From Azolla caroliniana (taxonomy: Eukaryota; Plantae; Polypodiophyta): 64,000 nt of DNA. The position numbers and the translations under genes are program-made. Positions 1 to 11,429 of this stretch are shown in pieces. How positions within the stretch are numbered: the stretch's first letter is position 1; every line of letters begins with the position of its first letter. The stretch spans positions 2,418,001-2,482,000 of the forward strand of contig JBHGNT010000003.1 in NCBI GenBank assembly GCA_043228905.1, read 5' to 3'. Below the pieces are notes generated by a model. It had not been told where the DNA came from, ran no database searches, and saw nothing but the letters and a program-made list of their open reading frames with translations.

Positions 1-479
1 GTTGAAAGGACATTCTTATGTGGAGTTTTTGGATGCTCAAACATCTTGGGGATCATTTCCTCCAATGCATATTCAAGTTTTCTAATGGCGAAAAACTTAG
101 TAACAATGGTTTGTACATAAAATTAATTATAATTGTGTGACTTTACCAAAATGTAAAATGAGAAAGAGAGGACTTCTATAATACGAAAGGATTTGAGAAA
201 AAGTAGATGAATTGAATCCTCACTTTATAGCATTATGATTGTGGGAATTTTGTAAGGTTGTTGAATTGTCTTCTGTTGGCGTCGTGCTGGCAATATCATA
301 TTCCTAACTTGAGCACTTGTAGTATCAAAGTGTGGAGAGTAAAAATGGTCATAGAAAGAAAATACTCCCTCCCATAAAAGGTAATGGATCCTTAATAAGC
401 TCATCTTTCTTGGGAAAGAAGAAAACAACATTCAAATTTACATGAGAATCAGGGTGAACAATGAGAAGTTACCAACCAT

Positions 480-860
480 GGTGTATGAACATGGAAATCA
501 TACTTAAACAATATAATTTGTTAACGATTTTGGATGGAACTGTCGTATATCCCAACATTGATAACACCACAAATGCACTTGATGTGCAAACATTGACGTG
601 ACATGATTTAAACGCTTGCTTGGCTCCATCTTCATATGGAGGACACACTTAAGCAAAGTGTAGGAACCTTGAGTACTCTAAACAAATATGGGATAGATTA
701 GAGACAAATTAACTCCATGCCCATGTTATGTCCCAAGTTGCTAATTTTAAAACTTTAATAAACATGACCATGAATGAAAATGGTGACCTTGACATGTTTG
801 TAAAAAATTGGTAGCTTCGCCTTTTAAAGATGTGAATTTTTCAAGACTTAGTTTGCCAAG
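480..860 (+). mobile_element. Highly degenerate Ty1/Copia gag-like remnant
   Basis: Fragments translate to SKQIWDRLETN and LINMTMNENGDLDMFVKNW, resembling the Copia gag (UBN2-type) region. There are many stops. Confidence 0.3.
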
Positions 861-959
861 TTCCATCCATTTCTCATGCCACACCACATAGATCATTTAG
901 ACACGTCCAAACTATGCCACCATACTAAGGCAATATTGATTAGGTCACCAAAACCATCA

Positions 960-2465
960 AACACCATTGGTTCATTCTTTCCAAGAGTCCTAGTATAATT
1001 TAGGAATTCCTAAATATATATTCTTAAGTCAAATAAAATGTTAAAATCAAGGAGTACATATCCAACACCTTAGAAAAACCTAAATGCATTGTAACATTAT
1101 ATTATGTATATCTTACGCAAAAGATGATTATTGTTGTATGTCATCCAGATATTTTAATTATCCAAAGAGAGTCCTTGCAATTACATATCTATATGTACAT
1201 ATAATGTATGTGTGAGCTCTCGCTATCAACAAATATACATTCTCGTTCTCATCAAAAGAACATAAATACAAATTATAAATTTATGTGGATATAATGTATT
1301 TGGTTTTCGCTCATAGGCTTCTTTTTACATTGTCAACTTCCATTTCTTCAATATTTTGCCCTCAAATTCATGTTCCTACTATGATATGAAGTGTTTTTTA
1401 AAAAACATTTAAACAAAACTACACCATAGTTTCCATTACCAATCCAATAAGCGTATACAAAACATATAATGATACCATCTAGTGGAGGGTAAGATAAGAC
1501 AGAAAAGGTATTTCCCCCCATTATGTCATGATTGAAACCAAACTCCACCTCTGGAGGAAACTATGATATCAAGTGTTATGCCCCAAAATAACTTGAATGA
1601 ATGAATAACGGTGATTTTGACCGTTAGCATGATAAAGGCTTTTCTTCAAACTCACGAATGTTTCCTCATCCTCATCATCAATGGTGAGAAACGAAATGAA
1701 CGAATTGACCTTAGATTGTTCCTACTAAGGCCAATTTGTTTATGGTCTAAAAAGCAAATGATTTGTAAACTAACCAATAAAGACAAATACAACTCTTTCT
1801 TGTGTGTGTGTATCAATCATGAGCATCCATCTGATGTGTGAGCAAAGCCAAAAGAGAATGCCTAAAGTATCTTGCTTCTATATTGTTTCTTGCGCTTTAT
1901 GTAGTTTAAAGGAACAAAGACAACAAAACTTCATGGAAATTCAATGCATTATTGTTAGGAGAACGTGCTAAATTATGCTTTCTTTCAAGTCCTTTATGTT
2001 AGTTTCTCCATAATTGGTTTTGAACACCATTGGTTTGTTCTTGCTGGCAAGAGTCCTAGTATAATTTAGGAATTCCTAAATATAAATTCTTAAGTCTAAT
2101 ATAATGCTAAATCAAGGAATATCCAACACCCTGGAAAAACCTAAATGCATTACAGTACATGATGTATTTCTTATGAAGAACATGGTTATTATTGTTAATG
2201 TCATGCAGTTATTCTAAATATCCAAAGAGAGTCACTGCAATTATTTATATATATGTCTAGATATAATGTATGTGTGACCTCACTCTCTCAACAAACATAC
2301 ATTCTCGTTTTCATGGATAGAACATACATACAAATTATAAATATATGTAGATATAATGTATTGTGTTCTTTCTCATAGGCTTCCATCTACGTTGTCAACT
2401 TCCATTTCTTCAATATTTTGCCCTCAAATTCACGTTCCTACTATGATACCAAGTGCTATGCCCAA
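960..2465. repeat. Diverged direct duplication of a ~430-bp block (960-1390 and 2023-2465)
   Basis: Both copies share aacaccattggtt...caagagtcctagtataatttaggaattcctaaatata...ctcaaattca(t/c)gttcctactatgata. Confidence 0.85.
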
Positions 2466-2639
2466 AAATCATGAGTAGACTTATATAAAAAAAAGAACAT
2501 GTGAATGGAGTAGTTATGAACCATTCAATACTTCAACCTATACATCTTGGATTTAAAGGTGATTAACTATGTTCTTTGGTTTTTCAAGAGAACCACTTTT
2601 CACATTCGTGGTTGTAAAGTCAACAACAATGCTTCCTCT

Positions 2640-3560
2640 TTCCCCATCAATCATCTTGCCAGATTACCACCAAATTCCTGTACATACAATAACAAATTAA
2701 GTCAAGTTTCCTCCTCTCCTCATGAGCTTATTCTTCGGCCCCCACACCATCATCACTCGTCCTTATCAAAAAACCTAAAAACTGCATCATTAAGTCGTCA
2801 TCAACCATCTCACCTAATACCACCAAATTCCTGCACATAAACAATAAAACGTGTCTAAATTCTGTATCTCCTCATGAGAATGTGCTTCGACCTCCACACC
2901 ATCACCACTCATCCTTATCCAAAACATAAATTCTACGTCAGTAAGTCCACATCATCCATCTCTCCAAATACCACCAAAATCCTGCACATACAACAATACA
3001 TGAGTCTTTTTTCCTCATCCCCTCATGAGAGTATGTTTCGGCACTCACACCCTCATCACTCATCCTTATCCAAAAACATACATTTTGCTTCATCAAGTCC
3101 ACATCAACTTCTCGCAGATTACTGCACAAACTTGTACATACAAACATCTAAACGAGTCTAGTCTTCTGAATAGATTGTGCTTCAACCCCCACACCACCAA
3201 CACTCATCCTTATAAAAAACATGCATTTTGCTTCCTCAAGTCCAAATCAAACTTCTCTCTGATTACCACCACAATCCTATACATACAAACAACTTAGTTT
3301 TCGAAAGAGACTATGCTTCAGTCCCCACACCGCCATCACTCATCTTTATCAAAGACAAGAATTGTGCTTCAATAATCCACATCAACCATCTCACTCTCGC
3401 TAATTTACCACCAAAAATCGTGTACCAAAAAAAACAAAATGACACTACTTTCCTCGTCTCTCATAAAATTATGTTACAACCCTCAACACCATCATCACTC
3501 CTCCTTATCCAAATTTAGAAATTGCTTCAATTTCCGCATCCACCATCTCGCCCTTGTCAA
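2640..3560. repeat. Diverged tandem repeat, ~150-bp unit, about 6 copies
   Basis: ccaccaaa(a)tcctg(c/t)acata...ctcatgag...ccacaccatca(t/c)cactc(a/g)tccttatc recurs near 2667, 2820, 2970, 3120, 3265 and 3405. Confidence 0.85.
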
Positions 3561-3599
3561 TCCATAGAACTACCCAAATCCCATCCACCTCTTTTATGT

Positions 3600-4270
3600 T
3601 CTTCCTGTCAACCTGTAAGATAAAGAGAAAAGAAGAAACTATATACCTCACAATTATGTTTGAAATAAGAAAGGACTAGGGGTCGGGAGTAGCCAGCGTG
3701 GTGGAACATAATTCCAGCGATCTTCACATGACTCACCCAACGAGAGAGGTATTGGCCACCATATTTCACGGATTTTTTGCCTTTTCTTATGCACCTTTTC
3801 CGGTGTTCCTTTAATACTATCATACTCTCCCTTAATTGTGTGTACCAAGTTGTCCCACAACATCTTAATCATATCCACCACATTGTACTCGATGCCTTCA
3901 TATTTCTTGCTACAACGACACTTCCACCACACCCATAAAGCATTACCTGAAACAATATTCCAAACAAAAGAATTTCTAAAAAATTTACCACCAAGAACGT
4001 TAGGAAGAACTGCTTCAATTGTATTCTCCAACACACGTAATGCTTCCGTGCAGTGCTCCGCCTCATACAAAGATACTGCTCATCCAAAGTCCCCCAGAAA
4101 ACAACCCCCCATGTAAAAATTGTTCCCTTCTATTTACAAGAAAACATCGTCAATGTTCTTCCCCAATATTGTCGAGCTACACTACAAGTCGAAAACAAAT
4201 GTTTCAAAATTTCCTCCTATACTTGGCAACACACCCAACGACGATCATCGACTTGTCCTTATAAATGAAC
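3600..4270 (-). mobile_element. LINE (L1-like) ORF2 3' fragment with zf-RVT-like motif
   Basis: The minus strand at 4150-4260 reads VCCQV*EEILKHLFSTCSVARQYW (C..E..HLF..C..A...W). It is followed by ORF 3654-4070 with the ALWxxWKCRC-type motif of L1 C-termini. Confidence 0.65.
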
Positions 4271-4825
4271 ACCTATAGGTAAAGCATAATGTCAATGCAT
4301 TATATATTTATAGCTAGATAGATAGAATCATAATGTATGTGTGAACTATCGCTCTCGACAATAAATACAAACATTATCTTTTTCGTTGACGGAACATGGA
4401 AATAAGAAATCTACTTAGAACTACCCAATTAGGAAACGCCCCCAAACCGTCAGTTATTTTTGTACTTATTTCCTCTCAAACGACCACAACATGTAAATAA
4501 TCGTCCCCTTTTTTCTAAGATTGTTCATGTTAATTTGAGACCTAAATTCTAAGCCAATTTCATAATACAATGTCTAAATGTGTTGTGATAAACCCTTATG
4601 TTTGCAAATGTGTTGTGTTTACTATGATTAATCCACATAGAGCCACACACTAAACAACTAACAACTTTGCCTCAACTTTCCCACCCATCACGGGAAAAAA
4701 GAAAAACTTTATCTCTAACATCGAGATCAAGCTCGCCAACAAGAGTCTAGAATCCAGGCTTTATAAATTAAAGAAGGGCTGAGAACATGTGTAGAGGAAT
4801 CTATAATAGGAAATGGCATGATTCT

Positions 4826-5011
4826 GCTCTCTCTCTCTCTGTCTCTCTCTCTCTCTCTCTTCCCCCTTATCATAGATAGATAAATAGCTTAGAATATAGA
4901 CTTCCTTATTATCTGAGAGCAGGATTAACTCATACTTGACCTAATTCTACAAAAACAGTATCAAAGTTAGTGCCCCAAAGAAGAAGAAGAAGAGGAGGAG
5001 GAGGAGGAGGA
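4826..5011. repeat. Microsatellites (CT)n at 4826-4860 and (GAA)n(GAG)n at 4978-5011
   Basis: Seen directly in the sequence. Confidence 0.9.
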
Positions 5012-5019
5012 GTTCAGGG

Positions 5020-5690
5020 ATGGGTGCAAGATTTAGCAAGGAAACCAGAAATAGGATTTCAAAGAATAGGGCAAAAAAAGAAAAGATTATGCACCCGCCT
5101 TGCAACTTGATCAATGGATAGAATACATGAGGACAGCTGAACACACACCTGAATGTGATTACAATTTCATGATTTTGAAGCGTCCTCAACATTTATTTGA
5201 AGTGAAGGGAGAGTCATATAAGCCTAAATTAGTGACCATCGATCCATTCTATCAAACTCTTGTGAGGTACCCTATCGATAGATGTTAAGGCCCTTTGCTT
5301 GAGCCAATTCATGCAAAGACATAGGATATCAGGTATGCGAGAGCTCAAGAAAAAAAATCATCCCTGCGGACGAAGAATTTAAGAAAATCTATACTGAAAT
5401 GCCAACGAAAAAGTTAGACTTCCTAAAACTTCTGGTTATTGTCGATACAGTCTTCATTCATGAATTCTTGCTCTTTCAGTGGAATCCCAAACCCTCAGAA
5501 GGTTCATACTTCTCCAAGTTCTACATCAATGACCATACACACACCGCCTGTGCTTTGAAGAGACTTGTTGTTCATAGGCAACCAGATTACCATGGTATTT
5601 CTACAAAAGATTGGACTAGAAAATCCTAACACTCACCATTTCCTATTGCCTCATCTAAAGAACACCGTCAAGACTTTTTTCGTGTCACTC
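5020..5690 (+). pseudogene. DUF247/UPF0481 5' pseudogene fragment
   Basis: ILKRPQHLFEVKGESYKPKLVTIDP and LLVIVDTVFIHEFLL align with the 16558-17958 protein. It has a stop, frameshifts and no 3' half. Confidence 0.85.
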
Positions 5691-5919
5691 TAGCCATAAT
5701 ATGCATAGCCAGTAATTACACAATAGCTCAACCTAAAGGAGGAGCACGGGCAAGTAATATCCAACAATTTTATTTTCAGAATTATTTCCACACTAAATTT
5801 GGTTGGCAATTTGTACATAAATGTGACGAATGAACTACATGAATTTTAACTGTTTGTGCCTTGGACGTTGTAGCATGTCAGGACAATAACATGTTCGTTA
5901 GAGTATTTGATCTCGTCTA

Positions 5920-7100
5920 TTTATGATTGGCATGCTGGTATATTTATCATTGATGAATGGCTATAATGAACTTGCTCATATCACAACATAGAATGGGTGT
6001 GTGGTTTTACAAGATCCTCAATATTGGGGTATTCAATCTACAACAGAGAAAAGATGTATCCTACTACAACCAAAAAGATAAAGATTTAGTTTCAAAATCA
6101 GATTTAATTTAAGAAAATCACACAAACCATAAGGTAGACAGAGTGATTGCTGAACTTCAATAACTTTTATAGAAATAAATCACCATATTGTATATAAGCT
6201 TGCAGAAGTTGTTGGATCGTTGGAAATCTTCACAATTATCCTCTAGGATTGCCCTAACCCAACGATGTCCTTATCATGTCATCACATATTGATTAATTAA
6301 TTCAATACACAAAAAATCTGGAAGACCATCATACAATCAGATTCCACATATAGATATTCTCAAATTTAAATCAATCAGTCTTGACTCTTGGTACATTCAT
6401 GAGACTGAAATTAGAGCATGACATTCTTTTGGTCTTTGTAATTTCTAGTCGTAGTATTAAAAGTTGCAAACTATAAAAAAAGACAAAATGTCAAAAGTAT
6501 AGAAAGTTGGAACTATAAAAGCCAGCATCGGGCACTGGAGTGGCCCACAAGGAATCTATATCAGAAATAATAATTTTCTGAAATTTTTGGGACCCTTAGA
6601 TGGCTGCTTCAGTTTCTCCCATTTTCTGAGCCGACGACAAGACCAGATCCCACCATTATTGGTTTAGGCCACTATTGTTTCGTTCTTTTACTCTTCTGTA
6701 TGTAATTCCTAAGCCTACATTTTTAAGTCTAATAGAAATATTAGAATTAAGGTGTATCCAAGACCTTAGAAAAACGTACAGCGATTGCAATCCATCATGT
6801 CTTATGCAAAAACATGATTATCAGTGTTCATGTAATTAATAGTAGAATCATGATGTGAATGAGCGTTTCATAACGTGAAAAAGAAAGAACTTTCCCATCA
6901 CTGAATAAAGAAGAACTTTATCTCTAAAATCGAGATCAAGCTCGCCTAAATGAGAACCCAATCCAGGCTGTATAAATAAATTAAAGAATGGCACAGAACA
7001 TGCGTTGAGGAACCTCTTACATCCACAAAGCTTTACAAAATAAGGAGTTCACTTTACTATGTATGCGATCATAGAGTTAATTGGACTCTCAGCTCATCAA
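5920..7100. repeat. Inverted segmental duplication of 18270-19720 (upstream region of a DUF247 gene)
   Basis: For example, acaagatcctcaatattggggtattcaatct (~6010) is the reverse complement of ~19650-19680. Collinear matches continue to ~7100/18270. Confidence 0.85.
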
Positions 7101-7281
7101 CACCCATGATATGAACCTTGGAGGGATGTGGACAACTTGGGCTGTATGGTTTGGCTAGGGTGCATAAAATGATGAAGTAGAAGGGGAAGAGGACCATGCT
7201 TCTTGGTGCCACTTCTACTGGCGAAGTCTTATAACTTCACAACAGGACAGGAGGAGAACTAGGAATGATGAAGCTTGGGCT

Positions 7282-8225
7282 ATGGTGAACTTTATCTCTG
7301 AGGAGCTCATCATCAGGGTTATTCTGTCACTACTACTTCTCATAGCAGGGTTACACCAGATATGGAGATCTTCAATCAAGACGGATAAACACCAGCATGA
7401 GATGCAGCTTCCATTACCCCTGAGCCGCATCCGCCTTCCCTCAAATCGGAGAAAACCAAGAGCTTTATAGAGCAAACTTGCAAGGGATCTATGTGGAAAT
7501 TCATGGATGACCGCATCTCCACCTATGGAGAGACATTCAAGACGAGCCTAGTCAGTTTCCCAATGGTAGTTCTTGCTAGCCCTTTGGGCAACAAGGCAGC
7601 CTTCTGTAATGTCCATGTCTTTTTTCCCCCAAGCATTCTCTCTGTTCTCAGGACCGAATCCATCATTGGACATGTCGGAGCTCACGCAGCTCCGATTCGG
7701 AAGGCTCTTATGATGTTCTTGCGACCTGAATCTTTGCAAAGATACACTAGCTGAGTCGATCTCATCCTCGTCAGGTTCATTAGGGAGCATTTTGAAGGAA
7801 AATCCGAGCTCATTCTGGGGCCCGTCATGAAGAAACTCACATTATCTATAGCTTTTGTGAGGTTCTGCTTGGCTTACCAGACATAAAAGAGCAGGATAGG
7901 CTCTTTCTTCACTTCGATACGATGGTGAAAGGCATGACCTAAATACCGATCAACATTCCTGGAAGGAGATATAATAAAGCACTTGCAGAATCTGATGTGA
8001 TAAGAAAGCAGTTACAGATCTGGATCGATGAGAGAAAAAGAGATATAGATTCTGAGCATTCAGACATCCTCTCCGGTGTTCTTGCATATACAGACAAGTA
8101 TGGAAAAACGTTATCTGATGAAGGACAACATGATGCTCTTGCTCTTTGCAGGCCATGATTCCATTTCTGTCGTAGCCACCATGACCTGCAAATATCCCGA
8201 AATAATGGATGAGGTTTACAGAGGT
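7282..8225 (+). pseudogene. Cytochrome P450 CYP85-clan (CYP716/CYP718-like) pseudogene, N-terminus to I-helix only
   Basis: It has an N-terminal TM anchor, RISTYGETFKTSL, RKALMMFLRPESLQRY and the I-helix KDNMMLLLFAGHDS. Frameshifts and stops are present, and no downstream ExxR or heme-binding exon is visible. Confidence 0.85.
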
Positions 8226-8739
8226 TTGTGTCCCCCCACTCATTCTCAATTCTTTCTTGATCAGTGCACATAAAGCCTTATGATTTGTATATATGTGCTC
8301 CATTTTTCTTTTTTCCATATGTTTTCATTACAAATTTTAGGTCATAATATATATTATAGACTATAGTCAATCCAATCAAACATGTCAATCCAATCCAACT
8401 TTCAGATGGTTTACCATGCACGTTTGATTGAATCATTCTCGAATGCGAATGCACGTATGCCACGTATGGTTCATTCTATGGAACTTGTAAGCATTGGTTA
8501 ACCAAGGAATCATCTCATCCTTTCCCAATTAAAATGAAGTATGTTCTATATGAGTCTTATGACCCAATCATGATGTACTCATTAATCGCATTGCGAACAT
8601 AATGTTAGGATGTACCCCAACATAGATAGAGTGTTCATACAATTGATAGCCAAAAATTTACACAAGAGCTCAACCTAAAAGGATGGGAACTGGAAAGTAA
8701 TATGCACCAATGGGAGCCAACCAATCCATGAGTTTCCGC

Positions 8740-10140
8740 ATGAATACCTTGGCACAAAATGGCAAATGGGGATGACAACCCCGTTCCAATATTTTCCACC
8801 ACTTTGCATTTGACTATCATACATTCCTCACCTTTTATTACCAACTGATTCCCAATTCAAAGATATTACTATCATATAACAATCACGAAGAAACATGTAA
8901 ATTCAATTTGTAATGAATTACAAAATTAATGGTTCCTAGGTGGTACCCACTACAAGGAACATAGCGTTGTAATCTATTTTAGATTGACAATATAGTCATA
9001 CGTTTTATGGTTTACCCATAGACGTTTCATTTATGTCTATTCTCATTGTCAAATCTCATGTTCAAACAAAAGAAGAGTCTAGTTCCTTCAAACCATACCC
9101 AAAAGAGAATACCTATATAAATCATATGAAAAAAAGAATATATAGGCAATAGGAAATAACATATGTATGTAAAACCCATCGTATGTAAAACCCATGGCGT
9201 TATCCCCCACTTTTTCCTGAATGTTCCTTCCAAATAAACTATGGATTTTCTCCTAGTAAATTTACAAGAGGATTCTCTTATTTTTATACTTATTGGCTCT
9301 CAAATTACTACCTTATGACAATAACACTAAATTTTGACAAGATAAAAGGTTCCTTATGTGGTGGATAAAGGAATTACTTCCATATTGTGGCTCACACATT
9401 TAACGTTTTTCAATGTTGTTAGAATGTCTTATTTCGTCTCATCGTAGTTGTCACAATGTCCTAATGCAAATGTGAGCATGAAACATCAAATTGTAGAGAA
9501 ACAAGAACATGTTATTGACAAAATAGAATACTTTCCATGCTTGAGTCTTCTTGTATTCCACCAAAACATGTTAACATCGATACAAAAAGTCTTCCATCCT
9601 TGCAATACCAATGTACGATGACGTGGGAAAAAAGTAGAGGCTTGTGCTTTACAAACTAAGCCTTTTTCATGCTCTCAACCATATCCATCGCTAATATTAA
9701 ATGCAAGCGAAAAATTAAACTACAAATTTTATGCGTGTGTATATACTTCCAAGACTTATTGGGTTTTCGGGAATTTTTTATATTCTCACACGTTTGCAAA
9801 TTTCTCTTGTTGCGAGAACAAGGAATATTTAAGTGACCACGACAGAGCTTCTTGTGCCAATTGCTAATACATTGTTGTCATCGATGTGAAAGAAAACATG
9901 AACGAATGAATAATGGTGACATTCTATGTTACCATGACAAAATCTTTTCATTGAATGCATGAATGTTTCCACATCCTCATCGGCAATGGTGATAGACCAA
10001 ATCATGGAATTGATCTTATCCTGCCTATACTTATGAGGCTCCAATTTGTTTGTTTGTTTGTTTACGGTCTAAGAAATGAATGATTTGTAAACCAACCAAT
10101 AAATTAGACGAAGACAACTCTTTCTTGCATGTATTTGACA
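8740..10140. repeat. Direct segmental duplication shared with ~23400-24560
   Basis: Collinear matches include atggcaaatggggatgac, aaacatcaaatt...gagaaacaagaa, aagacttattggg and ggctccaatttgtttgtttgtttgt. Confidence 0.8.
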
Positions 10141-10600
10141 GTCTAAAGTGTCGTGCTACAATATTATTTCTTTGTGCGTTGAGTACTAGTATAAGGGAAC
10201 AAACATAACAACACGTTGACATGTTGACACGTTGACACGTTGACATGTCATGATACTCTATGTGCCCATTAGATGGTATAAAGTGTCGTGCTGCAACATT
10301 ATTTATTTGTGCGTTGAGTACTAGTATAAGGGAGCAAATATAACAACACGTTGACACATCATGATACTCTATGTGCCCATTAGACGGTCTAAAGTGTCGT
10401 GCAACAATATTACTTATTTGTGCGTTGAGTACTAGTATAAGGGAACAAACATAACAACACGTTGACACATCATGATATTCTATGTACCCATTAGACGGTC
10501 TAAAGTGTCGTGCAACAATATTATTTCTTTGTGCGTTGAGTACTAGTATAAGGGAACAAACATAACAACACGTTGACACGGTTTGATACGTTGACATGAT
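10140..10600. repeat. Young tandem repeat, ~111-bp unit, 4 copies
   Basis: taaagtgtcgtgc...tttgtgcgttgagtactagtataaggga...aacaacacgttgacac occurs at ~10141, 10277, 10387 and 10498. This repeat generates the spurious ORF 10031-10597. Confidence 0.95.
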
Positions 10601-11429
10601 CTCTAAATGCTAATCTAAACATAGTCAACGCATTATATACACACACATATATATATATAGTATAAAGGAATCAAAATAGCAAAAGTTTCAATACCTTTAA
10701 AGGAAGTCAATGCTATACATGCATATTGTGAGCCGATTGGAGGGATAGATAGATGGAAGCAAAACAGAATCAGAAGCACAAAAAGACAATTAAGCACCTA
10801 CCTATACTCACATAACACTTAAGAAGAAAGTATTTGAAGAAGAAAAAACAATAACAAAGTTCTATATCTTTCAGTAAAAACAGAGCAATTATTATGTAAA
10901 TTTTCTGTTATTAATTTCTAGTTTGGAAACATCGGCTTCCTCCTCTCACAAAAAATGTGTGAGCTGATTTGATTTGACTGACGGAATATTGCCCTAGTGA
11001 CAGCACAGGGGAAATCAATGCGTCCATTCACAGGAAATGGAAACAAATGCTTCTAATCAAATGTATTTCTTAGTGTTAGCTTGTGGTGCGTCAAAATCAG
11101 AAACCAAAATGTCTCTAAATTTTTATTCTTTGGTGTATTACATACATCTCTCAAACAATTATGTCTACGATAACTATTAAGTTGAGGATTCAATTCGTTT
11201 GCTTTCTCTCAAGTCATTTTGGATGTCTTTTTGCTTCACCATTTTATAGGCTTTGGATCTCATTTAATACTGAATAACAGTTACCTTGGAATGAACCATC
11301 TAAAATCTCGAACCTTGGAATGAACCATCTAAAATCTCTAACAACTATCAACAACTTTATAGATCAAGAGTCCAAAAATCTCAATTGTCACAATATAGTG
11401 AAGCAAATCAGCTCATAGCCTTAACACTT

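Noticed and set aside
2547-3518. His/Ser-rich ORFs
   Set aside because: They are translations of the 150-bp tandem repeat in inconsistent frames.
10031-10597. 188-aa Cys-rich repeat protein
   Set aside because: It is a by-product of the 111-bp (multiple of 3) tandem repeat, and the paralogous single-copy segments are non-coding.
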